Notes under the pieces: generated by a model | Database searches by the model: none | What the model was told of the DNA's origin: nothing | The model's input: the letters and a program-made list of their open reading frames with translations, nothing else | Assembly: GCF_003044035.1 (NCBI RefSeq) | Contig: NZ_NVQC01000013.1 | Coordinates: 90,001-122,000 of the forward strand | From: Candidatus Methylomirabilis limnetica | GTDB lineage: Bacteria > Methylomirabilota > Methylomirabilia > Methylomirabilales > Methylomirabilaceae | Direction: 5' to 3' | DNA: 32,000 nt | Position numbers and translations under genes: made by a program | Part shown: piece by piece, positions 18,410-27,061 of the stretch | Position numbering within the stretch: the first letter of the stretch is position 1 | Layout of the letters: each line of letters starts with the position of its first letter

Positions 18410-18727
18410 TCAGCAAGGTTTCTTATGTTATCACTACCGTCCCGTCAAAGGCGACTGTCAAGAACTTCCTCCGTAAGAAGTGCGCCGTGGGAAGGGTGTG
18501 CGCGAGCCATGTCGACTCCACACAGTCTTGCCACTTTTCACTTGACAGGAATCAATCGATGTTTGAAGATCGCCGCGTCTTTAAGGCTTGGTTTTCCTTG
18601 TGTTTCCCTCCGATAGGCCCCATGCACATGACTCAGACGATACTGCTACTATGGCACCATGAAGAGATACCCCTGCTATGCCTTACTTGTGGCCAGTGTC
18701 AACTCTGTCGATGCTGAGAGGCGGTAG

Positions 18728-19837
18728 ATGAGCGCAGCGACTGGACCCTTCAAGCGTACCCCACTGTTCGATGTGCACCGCCAGCTCGATGCCAGGATGA
18801 TTCCCTTTGGCGGCTGGGAGATGCCGGTGCAGTATGCCGGGATTATAGAGGAGCACCGTGTCGTCAGGGAGCGGGCGGGCTTGTTCGATGTGTCGCATAT
18901 GGGGGAGATCGAGATTGCGGGACCCGGTGCCCTGGAAGCGGTTCAGCACCTCACCCCGAATGATGCGTCACGACTTTCTGTCGGAGAGGTACAATATTCT
19001 GCGCTCACCACCCCAGAGGGGACATTCGTGGATGACATCACCGTATATAAATATGCGGATGACCGCTACCGTTTGACGGTGAACGCCGCGAATATCGAGA
19101 AGGATGTTGCCTGGATCAGCGAGCACTTGGTATCAGACGTCGAGGTCAAGAATACCAGCGATGACGTGGCCATCCTGGCCATCCAGGGACCCAGGGCGCA
19201 GGAGATCCTGCAGAAACTGACCTCCGTGGAGTTGGGAACGCTGAGGTACTTCCGATTTGTCGAAGGGCAAGTGGTTGGCATCGACTGCTGTATCTCCCGG
19301 ACAGGTTACACCGGGGAGGACGGCTTCGAGCTTTACATCCCTCCGCAGTATGCGGTTACTCTCTGGCATGCTCTTGTCGATGCTGGGACACCGATGGGCC
19401 TGCAACCCTGCGGACTTGGCGCCCGCGACACCTTACGCCTCGAGGCCAAGATGGCCCTATACGGTCAGGACATCGATGACCAGCACACCGTCCTGGAGGC
19501 GGATCTTGGCTGGATCGTCAAGCTGGAGAAGGGGGAGTTCATCGGCCGCGAGGCCCTTGCTCGGCAGAAGGCGGATGGGATCAGTCGAAAACTGGTAGGG
19601 TTCGAGATGCTTGGTCGAGGAATCGCCCGCCCCCACTATGCGATGGTCAAGGGCAGTAAGCCGATTGGTGAGGTGACCAGCGGCGGCCCCGCGCCCTCAC
19701 TCGGGAAGAACATCGGGCTGGGCTATGTGGCGGTACAGTACGCGGCTATCGGAACCGAGTTTGACATTGTGATCCGGGGCCAGACTGTAGCCGCGAGGGT
19801 TGTTCGAACTCCTTTCTACAAGCGAGTGCGGAGTTGA
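18728..19837 (+). CDS. gcvT: glycine cleavage system T protein (aminomethyltransferase)
   Basis: RTPLFDVHRQLDARMIPFGGWEMPVQY..GIIEEHRVVRERAGLFDVSHMGEIEI..GYTGEDGFELY is the classic GcvT sequence. Confidence 0.95.
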   Translation: MSAATGPFKRTPLFDVHRQLDARMIPFGGWEMPVQYAGIIEEHRVVRERAGLFDVSHMGEIEIAGPGALEAVQHLTPNDASRLSVGEVQYSALTTPEGTFVDDITVYKYADDRYRLTVNAANIEKDVAWISEHLVSDVEVKNTSDDVAILAIQGPRAQEILQKLTSVELGTLRYFRFVEGQVVGIDCCISRTGYTGEDGFELYIPPQYAVTLWHALVDAGTPMGLQPCGLGARDTLRLEAKMALYGQDIDDQHTVLEADLGWIVKLEKGEFIGREALARQKADGISRKLVGFEMLGRGIARPHYAMVKGSKPIGEVTSGGPAPSLGKNIGLGYVAVQYAAIGTEFDIVIRGQTVAARVVRTPFYKRVRS

Positions 19838-19912
19838 GAGCTATGACAACGGTCAGCGATCAACTATTAGCTATAACCTGGCTCAAAATAATCGTTTCAC
19901 GTTAGCGAACAA

Positions 19913-19985
19913 ACCCTCCTCACCTTCCTTTGCCAAAGGGAGGGTTAACCCCTCTTTGGAAAAGAGGGGCGAGGGGAGATTTTCT
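19913..19985. repeat. pair of REP-like hairpins in the gcvT-gcvH spacer
   Basis: ccttcctttgccaaagggagg (one G-T pair) and cccctctttggaaaagagggg (perfect 9-bp stem) are followed by cgaggggagatttt, the same shoulder as in the gcvPB insert. Confidence 0.7.
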
Positions 19986-20095
19986 CAATCGATGTTTATC
20001 CAATGTTAAGACTCTTAATATCAGCCATCAGCGCTCAGCGAAGAGGAAAGAAGCCGTTATACTTTGGCTGATCGCTGATATAGAAGGAGGTGACC

Positions 20096-20482
20096 ATGAT
20101 CCCTGAGGGGCTGTATTATACGAAAGCGCATGAATGGGTCAAGGTTGAGGGGGATCGTGGGCGTATCGGGATTACCCACTTTGCCCAGAGCCAACTCGGC
20201 GACATTGTGTTCGCGGAACTGCCACACGTCGGGAGGGTACTGCGCCAGTTTGAGGCATTCGGCGTCGTGGAGTCGGTGAAGGCGGTTTCTGACCTCTTCT
20301 GTCCGCTAACCGGTGAGGTGATTGAGGTCAACTCCTCGCTCGCATCGAACCCGGAGCAGATCAATGCCGATCCCTACGGACTGGGATGGATGATCGTGGC
20401 CAAGCTCGCTGATCCCAAAGAGCTGGGGAGTCTGATGACCGCTGAGGAGTACAGGGCCTATCTGGCGGCAGAGAACCACTGA
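20096..20482 (+). CDS. gcvH: glycine cleavage system H protein (lipoyl carrier)
   Basis: YYTKAHEWVKVEG..GITHFAQSQLGDIVF.ELP and the lipoyl-lysine motif ESVKAVSDL are present. AAGGAGG at 20084-20090 lies 5 nt before ATG 20096. Confidence 0.95.
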   Translation: MIPEGLYYTKAHEWVKVEGDRGRIGITHFAQSQLGDIVFAELPHVGRVLRQFEAFGVVESVKAVSDLFCPLTGEVIEVNSSLASNPEQINADPYGLGWMIVAKLADPKELGSLMTAEEYRAYLAAENH

Positions 20483-21831
20483 TGGAGTACATCCCAAATA
20501 CGGAGGCCGACTGCCGCGCGATGCTGGATGCCATCGGTGTCCGGTCGAGCGACGAGCTGTTTGCCGATATCCCCCAGAAGCTCAGGCTCAAGCGAGGGCT
20601 GAATCTGGCGCCGCCGCTGTCCGAGACCGGACTGCGAAAGCACATGAAGGAGTTGGCCGGCAAGAACGCAGACGTGGATCAATACTCTTCCTTCCTGGGG
20701 GCAGGCGCCTACAATCACTTCATCCCTGCCGCTGTCTCCCACCTGGTGTACAGATCGGAGTTCTACACCGCATATACGCCGTATCAGCCGGAGCTATCGC
20801 AAGGGACACTTCAGGCGATCTACGAGTACCAGACGCTGATCTGCCAGCTCACAGGCATGGAGGTGGCAAACGCGTCGATGTATGATGGTTCCAGCGCCAT
20901 GGCCGAGGCGGTCCTGATGGCCCACAGGATCAACGGTCGCCGGGAGGTGGTGCTGCCCATGGCCGTGCACCCGGAGTACCGGACGGTATCCCGCACCTAT
21001 GTAAGCAAGCTAGGCCTCCACCTGCACGAGGCTCCATACACGGACCAGGGCACGACCGATCTGAAAAAGGTGAAGGCGGCGCTTTCGGATCGTACCTGCG
21101 CCGTTGTGGTCCAGAGCCCGAACTTCTTCGGAGTCCTGGAGTCGTTAGATGAACTCGCAGAGGCCGCTCACAAAGTCGGGGCGCTCCTGATCGTGGTTGT
21201 GTCGGAGCCGGTGTCGTTCGGCATCGTCCGATCCCCCGGTGAGTGCGGGGCGGACATTGTGGTGGGAGAGGGCCAGGCGTTCGGGAACCACCTGAACTTC
21301 GGTGGCCCCTATCTTGGCTTCTTCGCCTCGAAAGAAGCCTACATCCGCAGCATGCCGGGTCGCCTGGTCGGACAGACCGAGGATAAGGCCGGGAGGGTAG
21401 GCTACGTCCTCACGCTCTCCACCCGAGAGCAACACATCAGGCGAGAGAAGGCTACGTCCAACATCTGTACGAACGAGGGGCTATGCGCCCTGGCAGCGAC
21501 CGTTCACCTTTCCCTGTTAGGCCGGGCCGGGCTCAGGGAGCTGGCCCTACTGAACCTCCGCAAGACGGCCTATGCCAAAGAAGCGATATCCAAGCTCCGC
21601 GGGTACGAGCTTCGTTTTGCAGGCCCCACCTTCAATGAGTTTGTGGTGCGGGTAAAAAGACGGACCCCTGCTGAGGTGAATTGCGCGCTGCTGGCCAAGG
21701 GAATCATCGGTGGTTTGGATCTGGGCCGATTCTACCCGGAGCTTTCGGATTGCCTGCTCATCTGCGTGACGGAGCAAAACAGTCGCGAGGAGATCGACGC
21801 GCTCTGTAAGGCGATGGGAGGTGGGCGATGA
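20482..21831 (+). CDS. gcvPA: glycine dehydrogenase (decarboxylating) subunit 1
   Basis: YIPNTEADCRAMLDAIGV.., FLGAGAYNHFIPAAV and YTPYQPELSQGTLQAIYEYQT are present. The start overlaps the gcvH stop. Confidence 0.95.
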   Translation: MEYIPNTEADCRAMLDAIGVRSSDELFADIPQKLRLKRGLNLAPPLSETGLRKHMKELAGKNADVDQYSSFLGAGAYNHFIPAAVSHLVYRSEFYTAYTPYQPELSQGTLQAIYEYQTLICQLTGMEVANASMYDGSSAMAEAVLMAHRINGRREVVLPMAVHPEYRTVSRTYVSKLGLHLHEAPYTDQGTTDLKKVKAALSDRTCAVVVQSPNFFGVLESLDELAEAAHKVGALLIVVVSEPVSFGIVRSPGECGADIVVGEGQAFGNHLNFGGPYLGFFASKEAYIRSMPGRLVGQTEDKAGRVGYVLTLSTREQHIRREKATSNICTNEGLCALAATVHLSLLGRAGLRELALLNLRKTAYAKEAISKLRGYELRFAGPTFNEFVVRVKRRTPAEVNCALLAKGIIGGLDLGRFYPELSDCLLICVTEQNSREEIDALCKAMGGGR

Positions 21832-23429
21832 AGGATGAGGTGCGAGACACATCTCCCCATCCCCCCTTTGGTAAAGGGGGGCGAGGGGGGATTTCATCTG
21901 GGCAAAGCGCCAAATGCGAGGAAGAAGGGGCGGGTGTCGGCGCACAGGGACTCACCTTCAATGAGCCGCTCCTGTTTGATCAGGGTTCACCGGGACGGCG
22001 AGGCTGCACGCTTCCTGAGTGCGACGTCCCGGAGCTGAAGCCGGAGCGACTGCTGCCCAGAAAGCTCCTCCGGCACGACATTCCCGGTTTCCCGGAACTG
22101 TCCGAAGTCGAGGTGGTCCGGCATTTCACGCGGCTATCGCAATGGAATTACGGAGTCGATACGGGCTTCTACCCATTGGGCTCCTGCACGATGAAATACA
22201 ACCCGAAGATCAATGAGGAAGTATGGCGGTTGCCAGGCTTCTCCCTCGCGCACCCGTATCAGCCGGAGAGCCTGATCCAGGGCGCCTTGGAGCTGATGTA
22301 TGAGCTGGAGCAGTTCCTGGCCGAGGTGAGCGGGATGGACCGGGTGTCACTCCAGCCGGCCGCCGGAGCCCAGGGGGAGGTCTTGGGCATGATGCTGATC
22401 CGGGCGTACCTGGAATCGAAGGGGAGCCCACGGAAACGGGTCCTGGTCCCTGACTCCGCCCATGGCACCAATCCTGCGAGTTCCGCCATCTGTGGCTACG
22501 AGGTGCTGCAGATCAAGTCCGGGCCGAACGGCCGCTTGGACCCACAGGTCGTGGCCAACGCGATGGACGAGGACGTTGCCGCCATCATGGTCACGAATCC
22601 CAATACCCTTGGGCTATTCGAGGATCAGATCGCTGAGATCGCCAAGATTGTTCACGCCAAGGGCGGGCAGGTCTACTGCGACGGCGCCAACCTGAATGCC
22701 ATCATCGGGATATCGAGACCGGGCGACACGGGGATCGACGTCCTGCACTTCAACCTGCATAAGACGTTTGCCGTCCCACACGGGGGCGGCGGTCCTGGCG
22801 CGGGACCGGTGGGGCTCAAGGCGCATCTCGCACCATTCATGCCGGTCCCGGTCATCGAGAAGAAGGGGAGGCGATTTGTCCTGAATGACGACCTGCCGTC
22901 AAGTGTCGGCAGGGTGCGGGCCTTCTATGGGAACTTCGCGGCGCTGGTCCGGGCCTACGCCTATATCCGTTCGCTGGGTCCATCGGGACTGCGCCGTGTA
23001 GCCGAGGTGGCCGTAATCAATGCCAATTACATCATGAGCCAGCTCAAAGACCACTACCATCTGCCGTACGACACGTTCTGCAAGCACGAGTGCGTCTTCT
23101 CCGATGCGCGCCAGCTTCCGCACGGCGTCCAAACCATCGACATCGCCAAGCGACTGATGGATTACGGCTTTCATCCCCCAACCATCTACTTCCCCCTGAT
23201 CGTCAAGGGGGCCATGATGATCGAGCCGACCGAGACCGAGAGCAAGGAGACGCTGGATCAGTTCATCGACGCCATGAAGCGGATCGCCGAGGAGGCCGAG
23301 CGCGATCCGGAGCTAGTCCGGTCCGCCCCGCACAAGACCAAGGTCTCGCGGCTGGACGAGGTAAAGGCCGCCCGTCAGCCGAATCTGCGCTGGAAGGGAA
23401 AGACATCAGGAGAAGAGAGCGGGAGCTGA
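21828..23429 (+). CDS. gcvPB: glycine dehydrogenase (decarboxylating) subunit 2, with a ~40-aa N-terminal insertion derived from a REP-like element
   Basis: FYPLGSCTMKYNPKINE and the PLP-lysine context HFNLHKTFAVPHGGGGPG are present. ATG 21828 follows GGAGGTG and overlaps the gcvPA stop (ATGA). The conserved N-terminal EPLLFDQGSPGRRG only begins at residue ~46. Confidence 0.9.
   Translation: MKDEVRDTSPHPPFGKGGRGGISSGQSAKCEEEGAGVGAQGLTFNEPLLFDQGSPGRRGCTLPECDVPELKPERLLPRKLLRHDIPGFPELSEVEVVRHFTRLSQWNYGVDTGFYPLGSCTMKYNPKINEEVWRLPGFSLAHPYQPESLIQGALELMYELEQFLAEVSGMDRVSLQPAAGAQGEVLGMMLIRAYLESKGSPRKRVLVPDSAHGTNPASSAICGYEVLQIKSGPNGRLDPQVVANAMDEDVAAIMVTNPNTLGLFEDQIAEIAKIVHAKGGQVYCDGANLNAIIGISRPGDTGIDVLHFNLHKTFAVPHGGGGPGAGPVGLKAHLAPFMPVPVIEKKGRRFVLNDDLPSSVGRVRAFYGNFAALVRAYAYIRSLGPSGLRRVAEVAVINANYIMSQLKDHYHLPYDTFCKHECVFSDARQLPHGVQTIDIAKRLMDYGFHPPTIYFPLIVKGAMMIEPTETESKETLDQFIDAMKRIAEEAERDPELVRSAPHKTKVSRLDEVKAARQPNLRWKGKTSGEESGS
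21851..21897. repeat. REP-like hairpin inside the gcvPB coding sequence
   Basis: The hairpin cccccctttggtaaagggggg lies at 21861-21881, with shoulders atctcccc / ggggggatttc. It is translated in frame as SPHPPFGKGGRGGIS. Confidence 0.75.
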
Positions 23430-23492
23430 GGGGAGAGCAATCTCAGTAATTTCCCTAGAAAATAGCATGCAGCAGTCAGCACTCAGCCGTCA

Positions 23493-23605
23493 GCATCCGA
23501 CAAACCCCCCTGACCCCCCTTTCAGAAAAGGGGGGGGGATATTCCTGATACGCCTCCGTGCCTCCCCCTTTCGTAAAGGGGGATTGAGGGGGGTTTGTCG
23601 GATGC
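23493..23605. repeat. 113-bp composite palindrome (two REP-like hairpins inside an 18-bp perfect outer inverted repeat) downstream of gcvPB; possible terminator or mRNA stabiliser
   Basis: gcatccgacaaacccccc (23493-23510) is the exact reverse complement of 23588-23605. The inner hairpins are cccccctttcagaaaagggggggg and ccccctttcgtaaaggggg. The segment cgtgcctccccctttcg.aaaggggg is shared with the MITE core. Confidence 0.7.
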
Positions 23606-23720
23606 GGTGCGGCCGCGGCCGCATGGGGTGTTGCTCGGCTGTGACGCAACCGATGGCGCTTTGGCCTTTGGGAATCGTGCCGTTCGACGTATGCCGCTCG
23701 CAGGCAGTGATCGTGCCTGC

Positions 23721-23993
23721 TCATGTTTTAAACAGGTCAGAGTGTGTGCCCATTCTCTCGAAGTGCATCCGATCGCCGGCGAGTCTGTAAACCAACAGCC
23801 AATCGGACTCGATATGGCACTCACGGCGGCCGATGAAGTTGCCGACGAGACGATGGTCACGGTGGATCGGATCCAGAGGTTCCCCTGCGAGAAGGCTGCG
23901 GATAACGATCTTCAATTTGTCGAAATTCTTACCACGACGACGGCTTCTCTCCAAGTCTTTAGCGAACTGCTGTGTATATACGGGTTTGTACAT
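23721..23993 (-). CDS. yafQ: YafQ-family (RelE superfamily) type II toxin
   Basis: FAKDLERSRRRGKNFDKLKIVIRSLLAGEPLDPIHRDHRLVGNFIGRRECHIESDWLLVYRL follows the YafQ pattern (..rdH.L.G...g.reChi..DwLLiY). Confidence 0.8.
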   Translation of the reverse strand: MYKPVYTQQFAKDLERSRRRGKNFDKLKIVIRSLLAGEPLDPIHRDHRLVGNFIGRRECHIESDWLLVYRLAGDRMHFERMGTHSDLFKT

Positions 23994-24253
23994 CAGATAC
24001 CGAGTTTTCGGAACATGTCGTCTGCATCATCGCAGACGACCAGATCACGTCCGGTCTCGGAAGCCTCGAATGTCCGTTTTGTGGTTGCTGTCGGAACGAC
24101 GACATCGAATGGAAGTCCGTCACGAAGCTCGACTTGCCTGTAGAAAATCGTGATGGCTTGTGTTGCGTTCAGGCCCAATCGGTGAAAGACGGATTCGGCG
24201 TGGTTTTTCAGGTCCGGTTCCAATCTCGCCCGTACCATTGCGGTCTTGCTCAT
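23993..24253 (-). CDS. dinJ: RelB/DinJ-family antitoxin
   Basis: VRARLEPDLKNHAESVFHRLGLNATQAITIFYRQV is the DinJ/RelB ribbon-helix-helix N-terminus. It overlaps the toxin start by 1 nt. Confidence 0.8.
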   Translation of the reverse strand: MSKTAMVRARLEPDLKNHAESVFHRLGLNATQAITIFYRQVELRDGLPFDVVVPTATTKRTFEASETGRDLVVCDDADDMFRKLGI

Positions 24254-24411
24254 AATATCACCTCCATTTCCTCAAAGTATTGTAGCGCAATTGGGGTACA
24301 GACGCAAGTCGTCTCTTCCTGCTAACGACTTCGACCTCAGCGGCGAATGACGTGAGGCCGCTGCAGCGAGCGGTGAAGCCGCTCGGTCGGTTGATTGCCT
24401 ACGGACCCGAA

Positions 24412-24918
24412 TCAGGGCCCGCCTTCCTGTGGTAGTTGGGTGAGGATACGATCAGCCTCCTCGAACTGAAACTCGTTGAGCACATGGATGCCCGCTTGTC
24501 GGAGGAGGGCTGCGGTGACGCCTTGCCCCGGAACCCTTCGGGAAGTAAACGTGCCGTCGTATATGAAGGACGTGCCACAGGATGGGCTACCATCTTTTAG
24601 GACCGCGACCCGAATCGACTCCCGCCGAGCGTACTCGAGTGCCTGCTGCGCGCCGGCGACGAAGAAGGCCGAGACATCACAGCCATTCACATCGAGGACC
24701 CTTCCGGTCCCCGACAGGACGCTCGAACCACCCGTAGCCCGGGCTATCTCAGCGGGTGGCCTCGGGACAGGCAACCCTCCTGCGACTTCCGGACAGAATG
24801 GTACTACGCGCCCTTCGCGTAGCCATCGTTGAAGGACGCGATCATGGCTCTGCTTGTGCTCGCCGTTGTGACGAACGCGCTCACCCAGTAAGCATGCGCT
24901 CACCAGTACTCGGTGCAT
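24412..24918 (-). CDS. DUF523-family protein (TudS-like [4Fe-4S] thio-nucleobase desulfidase family)
   Basis: VLVSACLLGERVRHNG.., PFCPEVAGGLPVPRPPAEI and VAVLKDGSPSCG show the three conserved Cys contexts of DUF523. Confidence 0.75.
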   Translation of the reverse strand: MHRVLVSACLLGERVRHNGEHKQSHDRVLQRWLREGRVVPFCPEVAGGLPVPRPPAEIARATGGSSVLSGTGRVLDVNGCDVSAFFVAGAQQALEYARRESIRVAVLKDGSPSCGTSFIYDGTFTSRRVPGQGVTAALLRQAGIHVLNEFQFEEADRILTQLPQEGGP

Positions 24919-25001
24919 CGTGAGTTGTCCCGTCAGCAGCCTAACGTGGAGGTCACCCGCGCTGCGCGGCTTTATTGCGCAGCGTCCGGTAGACCGCAGG
25001 G

Positions 25002-25670
25002 TTATGCCTTGGATTCATAGAGCTTGAGCATGCGGATGGTTTGAAGAAGTTGAGTGTTGTAACGGCCCTTGACTTCAACCCGACCCACTAACTCAGGGAT
25101 CATGTCATCGAAGTACCACAGTTCGGATCTGTACTTCAAGGCTTTCATCTTCCGGTGGAATGAGGCCTCCATTTCGGAGCGTTTCGCTTCGAACTTGACG
25201 ACCATTTTCTTGGTTGTCGCGACGACTTTGATGGTCTTTCTCCGGCCGATGAATTCGCGGAGCTTTTCCTCTGCCTGCTCCCTGTATTTCTCAAACTGAT
25301 CGACTAGATAGCCGATGGTCTCGCCATCATTTGTAAGAGAGAAGGCCGACCTGAACTTCACTTCTAAGTCGTAGTATTGATTGGCGATCGGGTAATAGCC
25401 GAGCACATCGATGTTGCTGTAATTGTGTGGCACGGTGAAAGGGATGTCCCCGATGTAAAACCATCCCTTCACGATCTTCAAACACTGCTCAAGAATTTCC
25501 TAGTTCACTTCAGCCTTGGGTGTGTTCGGGACCTCAGCGATCACGTCGGTCATGGCCCAGAATACGGTCGGCGTCCAAGGGGTCGGTCCTTGAAGATATC
25601 TATATCGACGCGGCCAAGACCGATTCATGGTGCCTGTGGGATCGCGGCCAACTAATCCTTGGGAGTTCAT
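25002..25670 (-). pseudogene. hypothetical PD-(D/E)xK-like nuclease-fold gene, interrupted by an in-frame TAG
   Basis: The track ORF 25002..25481 begins at TTG. Read by hand, the same frame stays open upstream (MNSQGLVGRDPTGTMNRSWPRRYRYLQGPTPWTPTVFWAMTDVIAEVPNTPKAEVN) and is separated only by TAG at 25500-25502. The motif arrangement E(ILEQCL)...NIDVLGYYP...YDLEVKF fits E..D..ExK. GC is somewhat lower than in the flanks. Confidence 0.4.
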
Positions 25671-25898
25671 CAATCTGCGGAGTGGATGATTCCATGGGGC
25701 CTCCTGTCTGACCGTTAAATCAACTGCCAGACTGACACCTCAAGCTTTCTCTCACCGCAACTCCCTAAGCAGCCTCACTTTTATGCCGTGTACCCCAAAA
25801 TCCTGCAGTGCTTGACAACCTGGATGAAATCGCATACGGTTGTCTGGAATAATCAGGGTGGAATCGTTGCGGTCTACTGGGTTAAGGGGGGGGTTGGC

Positions 25899-26954
25899 AT
25901 GGTGGAAAAAACAGCGGAACGGGGGGATCGGAAAGAGCGGGAACGAGCGCTAGATCTGGCAATCTCCCAGATTGAGAAATTGTACGGTAAGGGCGCCATC
26001 ATGAAGATGGGCAGTTCGGGTGCGCTCTTGCCTATTGCGGTTATTTCCACCGGCTCGTTGGAACTGGACGCGGCGTTAGGAGTGGGGGGAGTGCCGCGGG
26101 GTCGCGTCATCGAGATCTTTGGGCCGGAATCGTCCGGGAAGACGACGCTAGCCCTGCACATCATCGCCGAGGCGCAGCGGGTGGGTGGCTCAGCCGCTTT
26201 CGTCGATGCCGAGCACGCGCTGGATGCCGCCTATGCCCGGGCCCTGGGGGTGAACATCGATGAGGTGCTGATCTCTCAACCGGATACGGGGGAGCAGGCC
26301 CTCGAGATCACCGAGGTTCTGGTTCGCAGCGGGGCCATCGATGTCATCGTGATCGACTCGGTTGCCGCCCTCGTGCCGCGGGCGGAGATTGATGGTGAGA
26401 TGGGAGACCCCACGATGGGCCTTCAGGCTCGGCTGATGTCCCAGGCGCTCCGGAAGCTCACGGCGGCCATCAGTAAGTCCAAAACCTGTGTCATCTTCAT
26501 CAATCAGCTCCGGGAAAAGATTGGGGTTATGTTTGGCAATCCCGAGACCACCACTGGCGGCCGGGCCCTGAAGTTTTATTCATCAGTCCGGCTTGACATC
26601 AGGAGGATCTCAAGTATCAAGGAAGGGGACGAGATAATCGGGGCGCGCGTGAAGGTCAAAGTGGTCAAGAACAAGGTCGCCCCCCCATTCAGAGAGGCAG
26701 AATTCGATATTATTTACGGCGAGGGGATCTCGCGGATCGGCGGTCTGCTAGATCTTGGCGCTGAGTATAAGGTTATTGAAAAGAGCGGGTCCTGGTTCTC
26801 CTACGGCGGTGAGCGGATTGGCCAGGGACGGGAGAACTCCAAGCGCTTTTTGCAGGATAATCCTACCCTATGCAATGAGATCGAAGGAAAGGTGCGCGTC
26901 GCCCTTGGATTGACCGGTGCAGTCGAGACGGAGGTGGCGCAGCAGGCACGTTGA
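25899..26954 (+). CDS. recA: recombinase RecA
   Basis: [22 protein letters not shown], the Walker [10 protein letters not shown] and [19 protein letters not shown] are present. ATG 25899 follows AAGGGGGGG. The ORF-track start at 25788 adds 37 non-homologous residues. Confidence 0.97.
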   Translation: MVEKTAERGDRKERERALDLAISQIEKLYGKGAIMKMGSSGALLPIAVISTGSLELDAALGVGGVPRGRVIEIFGPESSGKTTLALHIIAEAQRVGGSAAFVDAEHALDAAYARALGVNIDEVLISQPDTGEQALEITEVLVRSGAIDVIVIDSVAALVPRAEIDGEMGDPTMGLQARLMSQALRKLTAAISKSKTCVIFINQLREKIGVMFGNPETTTGGRALKFYSSVRLDIRRISSIKEGDEIIGARVKVKVVKNKVAPPFREAEFDIIYGEGISRIGGLLDLGAEYKVIEKSGSWFSYGGERIGQGRENSKRFLQDNPTLCNEIEGKVRVALGLTGAVETEVAQQAR

Positions 26955-27061
26955 TACCTCGCGGGAAGTCTCTCCTCACGCCTTCACGCCTCACGCCCTC
27001 ACGTCTTTTCTGGGAGGCTGAGCGCTGGCCGCTGAGCTCTGGTTTCTAAGGAACTATAGAG

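Noticed and set aside
18430-18727. Glycine riboswitch upstream of gcvT
   Set aside because: This is the expected location. However, I found neither the GGAGAG...C.CCGAAGG.GCAA core nor the tandem aptamer arrangement in the 300-bp leader. An Infernal scan with RF00504 would settle it.
24958-24985. Intrinsic terminators at G/C hairpins (24958-24985, 24366-24384, 17309-17328)
   Set aside because: Stems of 7-8 bp are present, but none is followed by a U-tract on the relevant strand. They were not called as terminators.
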